A stretch of 64,000 nucleotides of DNA from Paragordius varius. Taxonomy: Eukaryota > Animalia > Nematomorpha. The notes under the pieces are model-generated. The model did no database searches and was not told the DNA's origin. It saw nothing but the letters and a program-made list of their open reading frames with translations. The DNA lies in assembly GCA_964247055.1 (NCBI GenBank), contig OZ176050.1, positions 5,394,001 through 5,458,000 of the forward strand. Direction: 5' to 3'. A program made the position numbers and the translations under genes. Of this stretch, positions 1 to 32,009 are shown one piece after another; position 1 is the stretch's first letter; every line of letters starts with the position of its first letter.

Positions 1-735
1 AATGCTATCTTTTAGTATTTAATATAAAACTAGCACATTTTACTACACTGTAAATTTTATAAAAGAGTGAGGTTATTATTTACACAATATTTTTTGAATG
101 TGCCACCATATCCATGAATATGACTATGTTAAATAAGCTAATACATTGTAAAAATATGTTTCTACACCGCATGGAACGATGGTGCATCTATTATTTAAAT
201 AAACCATAAATTAATTATAAAGCTAGATTATTCTTAAACTAGAACCCCTTATTTATCGGAATCATATATATAAATATAACCTTCTTTTTAACTGCTAGTT
301 TTGAGTTATAATCATTTTTGTCTAATAGTAAAGTATATATTTTTTTCCATAATTTCTGACTGAAAGCATATTTAATAATTGATCTTAATTGAGTTTAAAG
401 ATTTCTATATATATCGCTATTTATATATGTCATTTAAGGCATATAATATCATTTATTATCATTTTATAATACTTGTGCTTGTCACCCTTTTAGATTATTA
501 CTTTGAGGATTTGATTCTAGCATTGTTTTGGCATATTATTACAGCGTACAGTTTAATGTACCTTGTTATCCGTTTTGTTATTATATTTCATAATGACTTC
601 ATCTCCATTTAATTAAATAACTTGGGTGTTACTCACGTTTCACTATGAATCTTTCAACTTATATTTCTATGTACTTCAATATTTGCCCATGGCTTTGTAT
701 TTTATTCATTCCTATATATTTTACATAATATATAG

Positions 736-1602
736 GAATACATACACCGAGTAGGTCGTACAGCCCGTGGATATGTCATTAACGAAGAAAAGAAAAACGA
801 AAGTTCAACAGCACTCAAAACACAAACAGGAAACGCCATTTTAATTCTAAGACCGGATGAAGCTGGCTTTTTGTTATATCTCAAAGAAGCCAAAGTTGAA
901 TTAAATGAATATGAATTTAACTGGAATAAAATTTCCGATATACAACAACAGGTTATACCATATTTTATCATTATTGGCTTATTATTTCGAACCATAAAAT
1001 GAAAAAAATGTCGTTAATGGGAAATCTTTAACTAAAAGTTGTTTCACGTCAGATTTTATTGTATGAATTTTCTTCTGATATAAGAATTTATTATTTTGTG
1101 TAGACTTTAAATAATTTTAATATTTTTTGTATGACTTACATATTGCTACAAATTGGTCGTTTTAATTTATACGCTTACTCTTTTTAACATTAACAAAATA
1201 TTTGTTAGTTATATTTTTAGCTTTTACCATATTTTTAGTTCGAAGAACTAATTGCATCAAATCATTATTTGCATCAATCAGCAATTAAAGCGTTTACATC
1301 TTTCATACGCTCCTATGCATCACTGAGTTTAAAAAAGGTTTTTGATGTTCAGACGCTAGATTTGGTTGCTGTTGCTAAATCATTTGGATTTACCAATCCA
1401 CCTTCTGTAGATTTAGGTAAATGCATTTTAACATTTTATAGGTGTATACTATTCCAAAAAATCAGAAAAGCGCAAAAGACTTGAAAATCCAAAACATTCA
1501 AATCCTTCAGTCAAGAAGAAAATGGGAATACTTAAAAAAATGGATCATGAAACAAAGAGTAAAAAATTTGGAAAGGGACGTTCCAAATTTTGTCGATATT
1601 AA
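736..1602 (+). CDS. DDX18: DEAD-box RNA helicase DDX18/HAS1, last three coding exons (5' part lies upstream of the window)
   Basis: Exons 736-951, 1239-1416 and 1442-1602 join in phase through GT-AG introns of 287 and 25 nt. They give [12 protein letters not shown] (motif VI)...[101 protein letters not shown], then a basic tail ending at TAA 1600-1602. This matches the recalled DDX18/Has1 C-terminal domain (...SFGFxxPPxVDL). Confidence 0.93.
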
Positions 1603-3108
1603 TACTATTTTAATAAATAAAACATATATTATATTTCCATAAATATTTAAAATAATGCTTAATCGCCGACACTTAACACCTTTTATAAAATAGAAGTTTT
1701 TTCAAAAATAGTCTGAATATTTTATTTTTGAAGGAGCAATTTTCGGACAATGTAAAACGATCTTATTTTTGCTCTTTATCTTGGCTTTTGGGCAAATCTA
1801 CATATATTATACTGGTCAATAGAAGATTGTTCTGCATCGAATAATTGTATATAAAATATTTTATTTATATATTGGAGTTAGTAAAAATTATACGTTTCTT
1901 CCGCTTTGGTGAATTACCAAAACGTTATGAATATAAGGCTTAAATCATTTTTCAAGCGCCATAAATTCCCTAATTTATATATATCTACGTATTAATACTT
2001 TTAACCACATACAGTAGATCATCCCCATTTACCCTTAAAAACAGCGTTTAGCTAATTAGAGCGTCATGGTCAAATAAATTTTCGGATTTTTGATTAAGGT
2101 TTTAATTATTAAGTTATAATCGTTACGCCTTTCTACTTTGTAGGGTATGGTACCCGCATAATGAACCATAAAAAAAATTTTGTATATATTTTTAAAAAAG
2201 GCCATGATGCGGCGGATCTCCCACAATCAGTCACCGTCATTATGAAGGCGGTTTCGCATCTTTTTATTTTAATTTGACGGCAAATTGAACATTAGTTCTT
2301 TTAAGTGTTTCAAAACCTTTTTAAACATGTTCAATATTAATAATATTTTCTAGTATTATCTTGATGCTCTAAAATATTTAGTTTACGCCTTTTATATTGT
2401 AATTTTTATTCGACTTATTGTCCGAGATAATTGCGAATTTTTGATGTTGGTCTAATGACAGAATAATCAGTATAATTCTTTTCGAGTGTTTTTATTTTAT
2501 AAACACTTAACAGGCTTTTAGCTTTCGAATTTTATATGTTTAAAAATATTTTTTCGTGCACGGTTTAATAATCGTTTTGCAACTTGGTGTGTTTTGGATG
2601 TCATTAATTATGATACACCATTAGATTGGACATTCTTTTCAAAAAATTGGTCGAGATTTAGTTTAAGATTAAAACCTTAACCCCCCGTTAACAACACTGG
2701 CTACCGTAATTATTAAGTTTAAATAATCAACAATAAACTTTTATAAATATATCATGTAGAAGAAAAAGGGCAATAAAATTGAATTTTTATATTTCGGGTA
2801 ACTTTGATAATGAATATACAAAATATTATGGAAAGTTATGCTATGAGCAATTCTAATACATACAAAACTAAAGGGACAAATGAAAAAAAAATATTAAAAC
2901 CTTTTATTTTCGTTTTCACTTAATTTATCGCAAAAAATATTTTATCCACCCGTTAATATATATTTTGACTAATTCCCACGGGGATAAACGTCACATCTCG
3001 TAAAATAATATATGGATTATTCGTTTGAATGGCTATTTTTTTATATTTATTAACAAAAAATGTGAAGGATCATATGTGAAAAAAGAAATTATTATTTTAT
3101 TGAGAACG

Positions 3109-4272
3109 TTATTTCTTCTTTTTCTTCCCCCCTTTATCGCCAGCCGGAGCCTTTTCTTTTTTAGCTCCAGCTTCTTTTTTAGCACCCGCTTCTTTTTTAG
3201 CACCACCGGCTTTCTCTTTTTTATCATCCTTTTTGGCTCCGTCTTTCTTGGCCGCACCTGCGCCCTTTTTGGCACCTGCCCCTTTCTTTCCTTTACCCCC
3301 CGCGGGTGAATCAGCCTTTTGACTAGGTCTTTCTTCAGCACTTGCTACACTCGCACTATCCTCCCCTTCACTCGCAGCGGTGGTTGATGTAACGGAAGCG
3401 GTGTCATCCTGACTTTCAGTCGCTTCAGCGGCTGGTGGTTGGGGACTAGCTGTTGGAGGTTTCGGACTTGCAGTTGGGGGCTTGGGACTCGCTTCCGTTT
3501 TGGCTGGTGGTGTCGGAGAGGGTGCTGGTTTTTCAGCAGGGGCAGGTGCTGCTTCGGGCTCAGCGGGTTTGGGTGCGGGGGAAGGAGCAGGTGGAGGTGG
3601 TGCTGCCGCTGTTTCCGCCTTTGGAGTTTCAGTTACAACTGGAGCTGCCGCGGGAGGAGGCGTTGGTGCCTTTACTGCTGGCGCTGGTTGTTCAGGAGGG
3701 GGCGGTGGTGGAGGAGGAGGTGGGGGTGGTGTTGGCGCTCGCCACACTTTGTTCTCTGCAACAACGCTAGACTCTACCAAACGTGTGCCTTCCTCCTTAG
3801 CTTTGGGATCTTTACTTTCACACATTGATAATAAATGTGGCATTGCCAAGGTTTTAGCAGCAGCCCAAATCTGGGGCCAATTTGTCGGTTCACTAACTTC
3901 CAACGTATACATGAATTTTAAAATTATCTTGAACGTATCTCCTGTAACTGCCATGTGGTCACCAAGAAATATTTCATCTAATGTTGCATTAGTTGCCGTC
4001 TCTGCTAATGCTGGTTTTATATTTTGTAACAGCTCCGTTGATTGAGTTAATTGGTTGTTATCAAGGAATACTTCCATATTTAAGGTTTTTTCAAAAAATT
4101 GTGAATGGCAAGCAAGGACGTGCTTGTGTGCTTCGAATCTTGCATTATCCTTAGTTATTATTACGACAATATCATTAAGTGGTTTTCTTTCCAACCTCCA
4201 TAAATATTTTAAAAATTCGCTCAGGCATATTTTTTGGCTTTTATCTTGCGGACAGGTCCAAACTTCAGTCAT
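3109..4272 (-). CDS. Intronless 387-aa BTB/POZ-domain protein with a Pro/Ala/Glu-rich low-complexity region and a Lys/Gly/Ala-rich C-terminal tail
   Basis: Single ORF. The N-terminal ~150 aa carry BTB hallmarks (NDIVVI...RFEAHKHVLACHSQFFEK...FKIILKFMYT...IWAAAKTLAMPHLLSMCE). A poly-Pro run, PAE-rich repeats and AKK/GAKKE repeats follow. The ORF is far more GC-rich than its flanks. Confidence 0.85.
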   Translation of the reverse strand: MTEVWTCPQDKSQKICLSEFLKYLWRLERKPLNDIVVIITKDNARFEAHKHVLACHSQFFEKTLNMEVFLDNNQLTQSTELLQNIKPALAETATNATLDEIFLGDHMAVTGDTFKIILKFMYTLEVSEPTNWPQIWAAAKTLAMPHLLSMCESKDPKAKEEGTRLVESSVVAENKVWRAPTPPPPPPPPPPPPEQPAPAVKAPTPPPAAAPVVTETPKAETAAAPPPPAPSPAPKPAEPEAAPAPAEKPAPSPTPPAKTEASPKPPTASPKPPTASPQPPAAEATESQDDTASVTSTTAASEGEDSASVASAEERPSQKADSPAGGKGKKGAGAKKGAGAAKKDGAKKDDKKEKAGGAKKEAGAKKEAGAKKEKAPAGDKGGKKKKK

Positions 4273-5469
4273 GTTTAGGAATTTTTAAGAAAATAAAAAA
4301 TTAAAACATTAGAAATAACACTTTATAAAAGCATTTGATTGTTAAAATGTGACGCATTTACAAAATTTGTTAAATATATATTGTTAAAGGGTGCAATATT
4401 TTAATTAATTTTTTATAGATTTATTAACATATGTGAGGCAAATCATATCTCGGTTTTTGGAATTAATTTTTTAAGGATGATCTTCAGTTTTAATTTTAGA
4501 TCTCGCTTTAGATAGAATTAATCTTTACTTTTATTCGGTTAAATACGGGTCTATATATTAAACAACGTTTTTTTTCTAAAACAATTTTTAATAGTTTCAT
4601 ATGAAATTGTGGTGTCATAAAAACTGCAAAAAATATAATAGAATATTTGATAATTTTTTAAAACCAGTTAGATCTAGTTTGATTTAAGACTTGGTAGGCT
4701 TATTAAAAATCATTTTAAAACAATTATTGGGTTATTAACCTTTATTTTGTTGTTAATTATTTATTTGGTATTTGATTTAAAATAGCCCAATTTTTTTATT
4801 TGAGGTTGAGTTCCGATTAAAAAAAATTATAAGCGGAATGACCCCTATGATTCAGTCATTTATGGTCATCATACTACAAATGTAAAGTGTGTAGCTAGAT
4901 CCTACATTATGTTAAGTGATCTATATAATATATAATATTAATAATTAAAATGATAAAGTTTTAAAATTGGATTTTTATTAAATTTAAGTTTCATATCTTT
5001 TATTAGTTTAAATGAAGTGATAAACATTCGCTTTAAAGTTTTTGACTAAATAAGCAGTTACAGTAATGCATGCATCCATTACCTGTACTCAACTCTGAAT
5101 GTAATTATTGTAGAAACATTTATTTAATGGCAATAATGCGTACACAATATTGATTATAAGTTATAAGAGAAAACCAAAAAAATTTATATGCAAGTATATA
5201 TGATTTCTATTATTACCTTCAACCTTATTTACAATTAGAGTAGAGATAACAAAAAATTATACGTTTTAATATTTTTTCTCCATTCATTTCTTTTTATATC
5301 AATAATTAGACTGTTCATTCAATTAAAAACAATTTTATTTATATTTTATAAATGAAAATTTAATTGGCTTCCCCATATATAACATTTAGCTAATTTAAAA
5401 TTAATATCGGAAATCTGATGCCATATTATAATCAGTAAATACTTTTAAGTTATAAACTTTTTATCACAT

Positions 5470-5775
5470 TCGATCATATTTTGGGGTAGTTTTCTACCTC
5501 AGAGTCAAAGTAGTAAACAAACTACCGAAAGTTGTTTTGTTAAAATTTAATTTTGAAACCCTTTCCTCCTGTATTAAAAAAATTTTCATTTTTTAACTTC
5601 CAGAGTCCCGAATTCGGATTAAAACATGATAGATGCAAATAGCTGATGTCAAAATAAATATCAAAAATTTACTGGTAAATTGGATTCATAGGTTTCCAAA
5701 GTTAATTGTCTATATTTTTTATATATTTATCTATCCGTTATATAGCGATTTAGAAATTAAAAAATGGCGGCGAAC
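5470..5775 (-). repeat. Copy of a dispersed non-coding repeat family (also ~42760-43330, ~49860-50390, ~56100-56400)
   Basis: Two motifs here, TTTTGGGGTAGTTTT and CAGAGTC...AACATGAT...CAAATAGCTGATGTCAAAA, match the reverse complement of 43120-43312. The block CAAACTTTT...CTATAAATTTT...AAATGTATATTATGG recurs at ~42985, ~49947 and ~56263, and in reverse at ~50320. Boundaries are approximate. Confidence 0.5.
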
Positions 5776-7736
5776 AGTAAACAAGTAAAGGGTGTAGCGT
5801 CGGAAGATCGTCGGCCACCTGCCGTCAAGGCAATCCCTACCCACCCGTAATGCATTGAGCATCAGAGCGGGGAAACACGTCGGAGGTTGGGTTTGACGTT
5901 AGTATCTACATACATAAATAAATGCCTTCATGTTAGACGTGTTAATATGAGTTAGTATAGTTAATAAGCTATGTATATATATATATATATATTAAAAGAG
6001 ATGTTAATTTCGCCTTGTTAGGTAGGTAAAAGCAATATTTGAATTTTAATAACCGTACAAACAGGGTTTCATCCTTACTCCAGAAAGTAATGTCAAAGGT
6101 CTATGTCGGGTCAAATGTAGAGTTAAATTTAAGCTCTTATCTTTGGTGTGGTAGGGGGTCTTCTTTTGCTTCTAAATGAGTGTGGCCTGGTAGACCAATT
6201 TTGGAGATATTAGACATTACAAGCGTCAACGTTACCCCTTCGTGCTACTATGATTCAGTTGTACCTTCAACTGGGACGCTAACGCGGGATAAGTGGTCGT
6301 TAACCTTGCTCTGAGCTAAGTCTCAACTCCGACCAACAGAGAGGTCGGAGATTGGTAACCAGCCCTGCTCAAATATCAGCGGCTCCAACATTGCTTCACA
6401 GGACGTCGTCCCACAGTAATTGGCTAATAGTCTCGTCAGAGTCGCGTCTTGCATGATTCAGGCTTTCAGTGGTACATTTTGCTCGTGGGATATCTGTGAT
6501 CAGTCCATATTATTTACTAACTGTAATATAGGTGTTTACGATTAACAGATTTAGTTGTAAATATTACATTAATACTAACTGACTTTAACAGAGCGTAAAA
6601 TAAAAATTTATACCTTATCCAGCAGTGGGAATTAACCTTGAAATACTACCGACTTCGCAATAGTACCATCCAATCTGGTTGGTAATCAGCCCTCAAATAT
6701 CAGCGGTTCCGATGTCATCGTCATATAGCAGGGATTTGCGTTGGTCTTTAACGGGATAGGATTAGTAACTCTGGTGCGTTTCCTCGTTGTCAGGAGGTTG
6801 AAAGTGATCGAGGTTTTCAGGGTATAATCCTAATCGCGTTCATCAGCTCAGCAAGAGCCCAGTTGGCCAAATTTATTGGAGTTCTTTCGGTAAATTTTAG
6901 AGATCGGGGTCATTTAGGCTGTACAGTCATTGTTCAATTCTAGCCTGGATAGGATGTTGTGTCAGCCGGTGCCACACCCGGCGAACAGTTTGAGATGATT
7001 TTGTTATAATTTAATCAGTAAAAAAATTTGTATCATGCGCCTAAGGCTAAATAATGTATATTTTTTAATTTGGCCCAATGCTAAACATATTTTTTAAGAT
7101 ATTTAAATTTTAAATGGCCCTGGTTGATAAAACTTTTTCAAAAGGTATAATGATTAAATCATTTCAAAACTTCATTTTTGGATGTAACGATGGCTATAGA
7201 GATGTTTTAGCAACCAAAAGTTAATTTAAAGTTTACGATAAATATGACGAGTAGTAATCATTAATAAATAAGTTAAAATTTCTAGTTCTACCAAACAATT
7301 TAACATAACAGAATATTTGAACTCTATACTCTACAAACGTAATTAAGTCCCATATTAAATGATTAAAAAATGGATACGACACTAATCACAAACCCTACCC
7401 AATCTTTCTATATTGTTCCGATAGACCGACAATCTTATACAATAAGGTCTTATATGGGATCTTTTTTAAAATGTTTTAGGATATATTGATATCCCAATCA
7501 AAAAGCAAAATTTTAAAAAACCCATAGTGTTAGCATATTAAAAAATCGGAAAATGACAAAACAATACAAAATTTCTAATATCGACTCTTAAAAATAACCC
7601 AGAAGAATGCAACTATATTGCCCTAGCGCTGATTTTAAACTCCACATAATTGAATCGCTAAATGATATCCAAAGCTCTGCGGATTTTTATAAAAGGATCC
7701 TCTAAAGTTAATATTCGTTGCCTAAAATTAAATAAC

Positions 7737-9390
7737 CTATAAAACAAGGCTAGTCTTTTGGCCAATTATTAGACTCCCATACCTCCTAACACAATCTATC
7801 TATAAATGATATTGGTTTATCTTAGGGTTATTCCAGAGGCTTTCATTGAATCGATTATATAACCCTAACTTCTGCTTCCAATATACACAGCTCATCATCC
7901 TCATCCCCTTTCATTTGACTATTATTGATTGCATTTGGGTGCGTGGTATATAATTGTTTAGTGTTTTTCAGTTTTCAAAATGCTCCCTTTACCGTCTTTA
8001 GCTTTAATATTTTAACGTATGTATTTTTATATTATCTTTTTATCCCTGTTTTGAAACAAATTTAGTTGCGAGTATGGAAATATAGCTTTCATCAGTCATG
8101 CAAACAAAATTTTACTGAAAATTGTCAAAACAGGTTATATCAGTGACAACCAGAGATAACCCAAATGTTCAAGCAATATTCATAAGCACAAGATATCACA
8201 TTGCTAATGTAAGACGCATAATCCAAACTTGTAAGGAGTATCAAGTGGATTAATATATGTTTGAGAGATTATACAGAGGCGTTTGGTTCGATTAACCATG
8301 AACATTGATGGATAAGTTTGAAAGCTATAAGGGTTACAGCCAAACTTAAAAACTTGCTTAAAAATGTGTATGAAAATCAAAAGGGGTACTACAAATACCT
8401 GTTATACAACCAATGTATTTTTAATGAAGAAAGGTGTTAAACAGGAATAATACCTTGCAATTTGGGCAGAAATGACCAAAAAAAAGTTGTTGAAGTTACA
8501 GAAAGCCCACTGATGGGAGATTAAAAAATTAAGGTTTGCGAATCACATGAAGCTGATCGATAATGTAGAAAGTTCATATAATATATAAAAATTAGTAAGA
8601 GAAGAAAGTAAATGATCTGGGTTGAATGTCAATCCTAGAATTTTATCAAAATTTGAACCTAACACAGTTATGGACCACAGTAGAAGTAGCAAAAAAAACC
8701 CCTCCACGCCAGATATTAAACGTGCAGCATTAAGATACCGTGAACAAGCTAATTAAATAATGAAGGTAAAGATATTATTGTACATATAATATATAAAAAT
8801 TAGTAAGAGAAGAAAGTAAATGATCTGGGTTGAATGTCAATCCTAGAATTTTATCAAAATTTGAACCTAACACAGTTATGGACCACAGTAGAAGTAGCAA
8901 AAAAAACCCCTCCACGCCAGATATTAAACGTGCAGCATTAAGATACCGTGAACAAGCTAATTAAATAATGAAGGTAAAGATATTATTGTAAAAACTAAAA
9001 AATGGATAATTTTTCCTGTAGCGACTTATGCTGCAGAAAGCTGGACATTGAAACTTGAAGATAAAAAAGAATAGAGTGTTTGAGATGCGGTGCTCCAGGC
9101 AAATGTTAAATAAAGGTGGTCTGAAAATACAAGAAATAAGATACCGATAGTAACTAAATAGATAATAAAATGAAAGTTTACATTAGAGGACACATTTTTA
9201 AAAGCATAACAATTGAAAAGGATTTGATTTTTACGAATTTCGAAGGAAAAGGAAAAAAGCTATGCTAAGATGGCTTACCTCTCTTAATAAAAAGCTTGAT
9301 AGGTGTATTAGTTTAAGGAACTAACATGCAGAGACGAGTAGAGGGATCTAGTTATTAATTTCCAATTTGAATATAAAACGGTACTTCGTT
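7737..9390. mobile_element. Decayed RTE (BovB-like) LINE fragment with an inverted 5' portion
   Basis: Plus strand ~8040-9350 gives degraded FIP...IAFISHANKILLKIV...IANVRRII...DY.EAFGSINH...KGVKQ...FPVATYAAESWTLKLEDKKRIE (RTE reverse transcriptase and C-terminus). Minus strand ~8030 to 7737 gives IKAKDGK...ILEAEVR...WPKD*, the region immediately N-terminal of FIP. Many stops and frameshifts. Confidence 0.7.
8575..8990. repeat. Tandem duplication, 2 x 208 bp, inside the RTE remnant
   Basis: 8575-8782 and 8783-8990 (CATATAATATATAAAAATTAG...GATATTATTGTA) are identical by eye, including the A8 run. Confidence 0.9.
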
Positions 9391-10329
9391 GTAATAATCT
9401 CATTCAGCATGGATAAAATCTAAAATATTAATTTACGCAATAATATCCCTTGAACACTACCCCATCGTAAAAACGGCACACGGTGCACAGGGTCACTATA
9501 AACAGGCAACGCTTAATAGTACATTGTTACGCCATCTTTAGGATATATTAAACTTGGAGCTTATGATAGGTTAGATTGGCGGAATTATAATTGATCTCAA
9601 ACACACCGAAACCATATTTTTTCAAAATTTTTTATATCAAAGCAGAAAATTCGCAGTCATGATAAAAGTTTTCAAATTAAATCGGTGAAAATTATCTGGA
9701 ACTCAATATTTTTCTCCAATATATATCCTTTGATAAGACACAGGCTACATATAAATACACAAAAATGAATTTCACAACATCTGGTATTCTATATTACAAA
9801 AAATATATAATTAATTCCATATCTTCCATTAACTCTTTTGGCTTGGAGAGATGAATTCAGTGCACGATACAAAGTTGAATAAAAAAAGATGGAAGCAACA
9901 ACTTATCGATGCCAATCTTTCCATTGTAATGAAATCTTGTCCACAAAATTATATTGCAATCAACTCTTTTGCCTTTTAGCACTGCGCATAAATTATGGGG
10001 AATAAATGATATCCTGATGAAACACTATCTGATAGAAGAATATACCTTCTCACAGTGTTGGTTTTGAGCTTAATGATAAATGAATGTTAATAACATTTTT
10101 GTGAGAAGTACTCCATGTAAATAAATGGCAGTTCAGTTAAATAAATTTTTTTGAAGCTAAATGCTTCATCCAAAAATATCACTAAACATTATCATAAGCT
10201 ATATAAGCAAAACAATGCTTTTCTGAATTAAATAAATGTGGGCCGTAAGTCTTAACTTTTTGGACCCGAAAATAGGAAAAATTTCTTAAAATAGACGAAA
10301 AAAGGCCGATATTACACGATAAAATGAAA

Positions 10330-11436
10330 TAAGTTGATATCATCAGTTCTTTCCGACTTAACTAAGAGAAGACGTCAGCGAAAAGTGCGCAAACGCATAA
10401 TTTGATACAGACCCCATTTTGTTTATGTAATATTAAACTACAAAACCAATAATTTGAGTTCTCTAACAACAAAATCATGTCAAATTTTGTGCCTGAAAAC
10501 GAACATTTGCGGCGCGCTGCCATCAGAATAAAAAGGCAGTTGATAGATATGTCCTGGTTGCAAAATATTTTCAACAGCTTTCATATGAATCATGATTTTG
10601 AAATATTTAAAGTTGTGATTTTAATATAAAAGAGAGGTCTGATCTAGAAAACCAGGAAACCACGAAGATGATGTAGTTAAGAGTTTTTGGAGAACTTAAT
10701 TGAAACTCAACGGAAATCGACAGAAGCATTACATGTATCAGAAAAAACAATCAATTGATGTCTGCGAGGTATTGAAGACAATAAACATAGTAAATGGCTT
10801 CACACAATTTAAAGTCAAACCAAAAATCGCGAATTACTCTCCTTCTTCTACGTTACTATTTGAAAACATTTTGCATCGAATACGGGTGATGAGTGATTTT
10901 ATTTAAATTAAAACCGGAATTGTGATTTTTACCTTGCCAAGCTGGTCTATCAACATCACTACTAGCCTCGCCAAGAAAACCACGCCCTATGTCGGTGGGA
11001 CCACTGCCGTATAAACTTTTGAGGATAAGTGAAATGTTAATACCTATCGCTAAAAATGATCGAAAACATTCAGAAAGAGCCAGAAAATAGAGCAAGGGAT
11101 TTTGTTAAATGTCATAGCTTCGTCTAACTTAGCTAATCCAGTAAAAGATATCTTAAATTTTTAATAGAAAATATTTTCCCATCAACAAAACTCTCCTGAT
11201 CTGGCGCCATTCAATTTATTTTTTGCATCCATGGAGCCCAATCTCATAAAGCACCACAATAATTTCGATGACGTTGTGGCTTGACAAATATTCTGCACAA
11301 GAAAATTAATTTTTCTGGCACAGCATTCATATTCTGCCTGAGAGATGAATAAGTAGAAGCCGATGGACAATATATTGAATAAAATAAATAATTGTTCAAA
11401 TTACTAAAAAACCGGTAAAAACTTCTGATTAACTTA
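10330..11436 (+). mobile_element. Decayed mariner DNA transposon, Mos1/mauritiana-like
   Basis: ATG at 10477 gives MSNFVPENEHLR (Mos1 MSSFVPNKEQTR). Later fragments are ENILHRI.VMSD (SFLHRIVTGDE) and SPDLAPFNLFFASM at ~11193-11235 (YSPDLAPSDYHLFASM), and the end resembles DGxYxE. Degenerate TIRs: TAAGTTGAT..CATCAGTTCTTTCCG at 10330, and the reverse complement of 11407-11436 (TAAGTTAATCAGAAGTTTTTACCG). Confidence 0.82.
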
Positions 11437-12193
11437 CATACTTAAGTTGGACTTCAAATTTTTTTTCGAAAAATGGATTTTTTTATAATAATTTATAAAT
11501 GCTAGAGCGAATCTTATGGTATTTTGAAGCATGGTAGAAGCGTATAAAACACTTCTTAACCTTATAAAAACATTTATCTATAATGTAAATATTTTTATCA
11601 CAACTCATGTTGTTTTTGGTTTTGGGCCTTCCGAGTGAGATAAGAAAAAGTCATTGTCGTTAAGGCAGCTACTATCAAATGGTATAATTCACGCACATTT
11701 TGCTAAATATTTTTTTTGGTTAAAACAAAAATATCAATACGCTATATTTAATCAAATCAATATTTTAGGTTTTAATTTTAGATGTGCGCGCCTAAAGTCT
11801 CAAATTTTTGATATTGCGCGGTAAAAACTTAAAATTATATACTAAATTTTTAACATAAGAAATTTGTTTAAAACTTAATTTGAGTAAAAATTTAATTTTT
11901 AACAAAATTTTGCAAAACATATTTTTTGGTATTGTGAAACAACAGGGAAAAGTATAACAACAGTTTAAATTAAATACTTTTTAATTCGATGATGCTTCCT
12001 TCGTTTTTTAATTAAAGCATTAGTTCCTAAAAAAATAAGTTGTATTATTTGTTTTTAACAAAAAATAGTTGCCTGCAAAGTATTACATAAATATATAAAT
12101 CTATCCTAAAATTTGGTGTTTTTGATTGAACATACTAAAACCTTTCGGTGTTTGTAGCCATATTGAAATAGATGGATTGGTAGTTTTTTGGAC

Positions 12194-32009
<19,816 letters not shown>

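Noticed and set aside
1442-1642. ORF-track protein MYTIPKNQ... as a separate gene
   Set aside because: It is the wrong frame of the last DDX18 exon. The spliced frame (phase 1) ends at TAA 1600-1602.
3025-4288. Overlapping ORFs opposite or out of frame to the BTB gene (3025-3309, 3033-3341, 3439-3828, 3453-3770, 3482-4045, 4055-4288)
   Set aside because: These are shadow ORFs produced by GC-rich, low-complexity Pro/Ala/Lys codons. None has a recognisable domain.
5815-5905. Possible hammerhead or HDV-like ribozyme (GAAAC-ACGTC...GACGT; CTGATG on the minus strand)
   Set aside because: There is no CUGANGA core on the same strand as GAAA, and I could not build a nested double pseudoknot. It is kept only as a generic structured region.
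9770-10200. Slightly GC-richer stretch that might be another transposase relic
   Set aside because: No convincing motif in any frame by eye.
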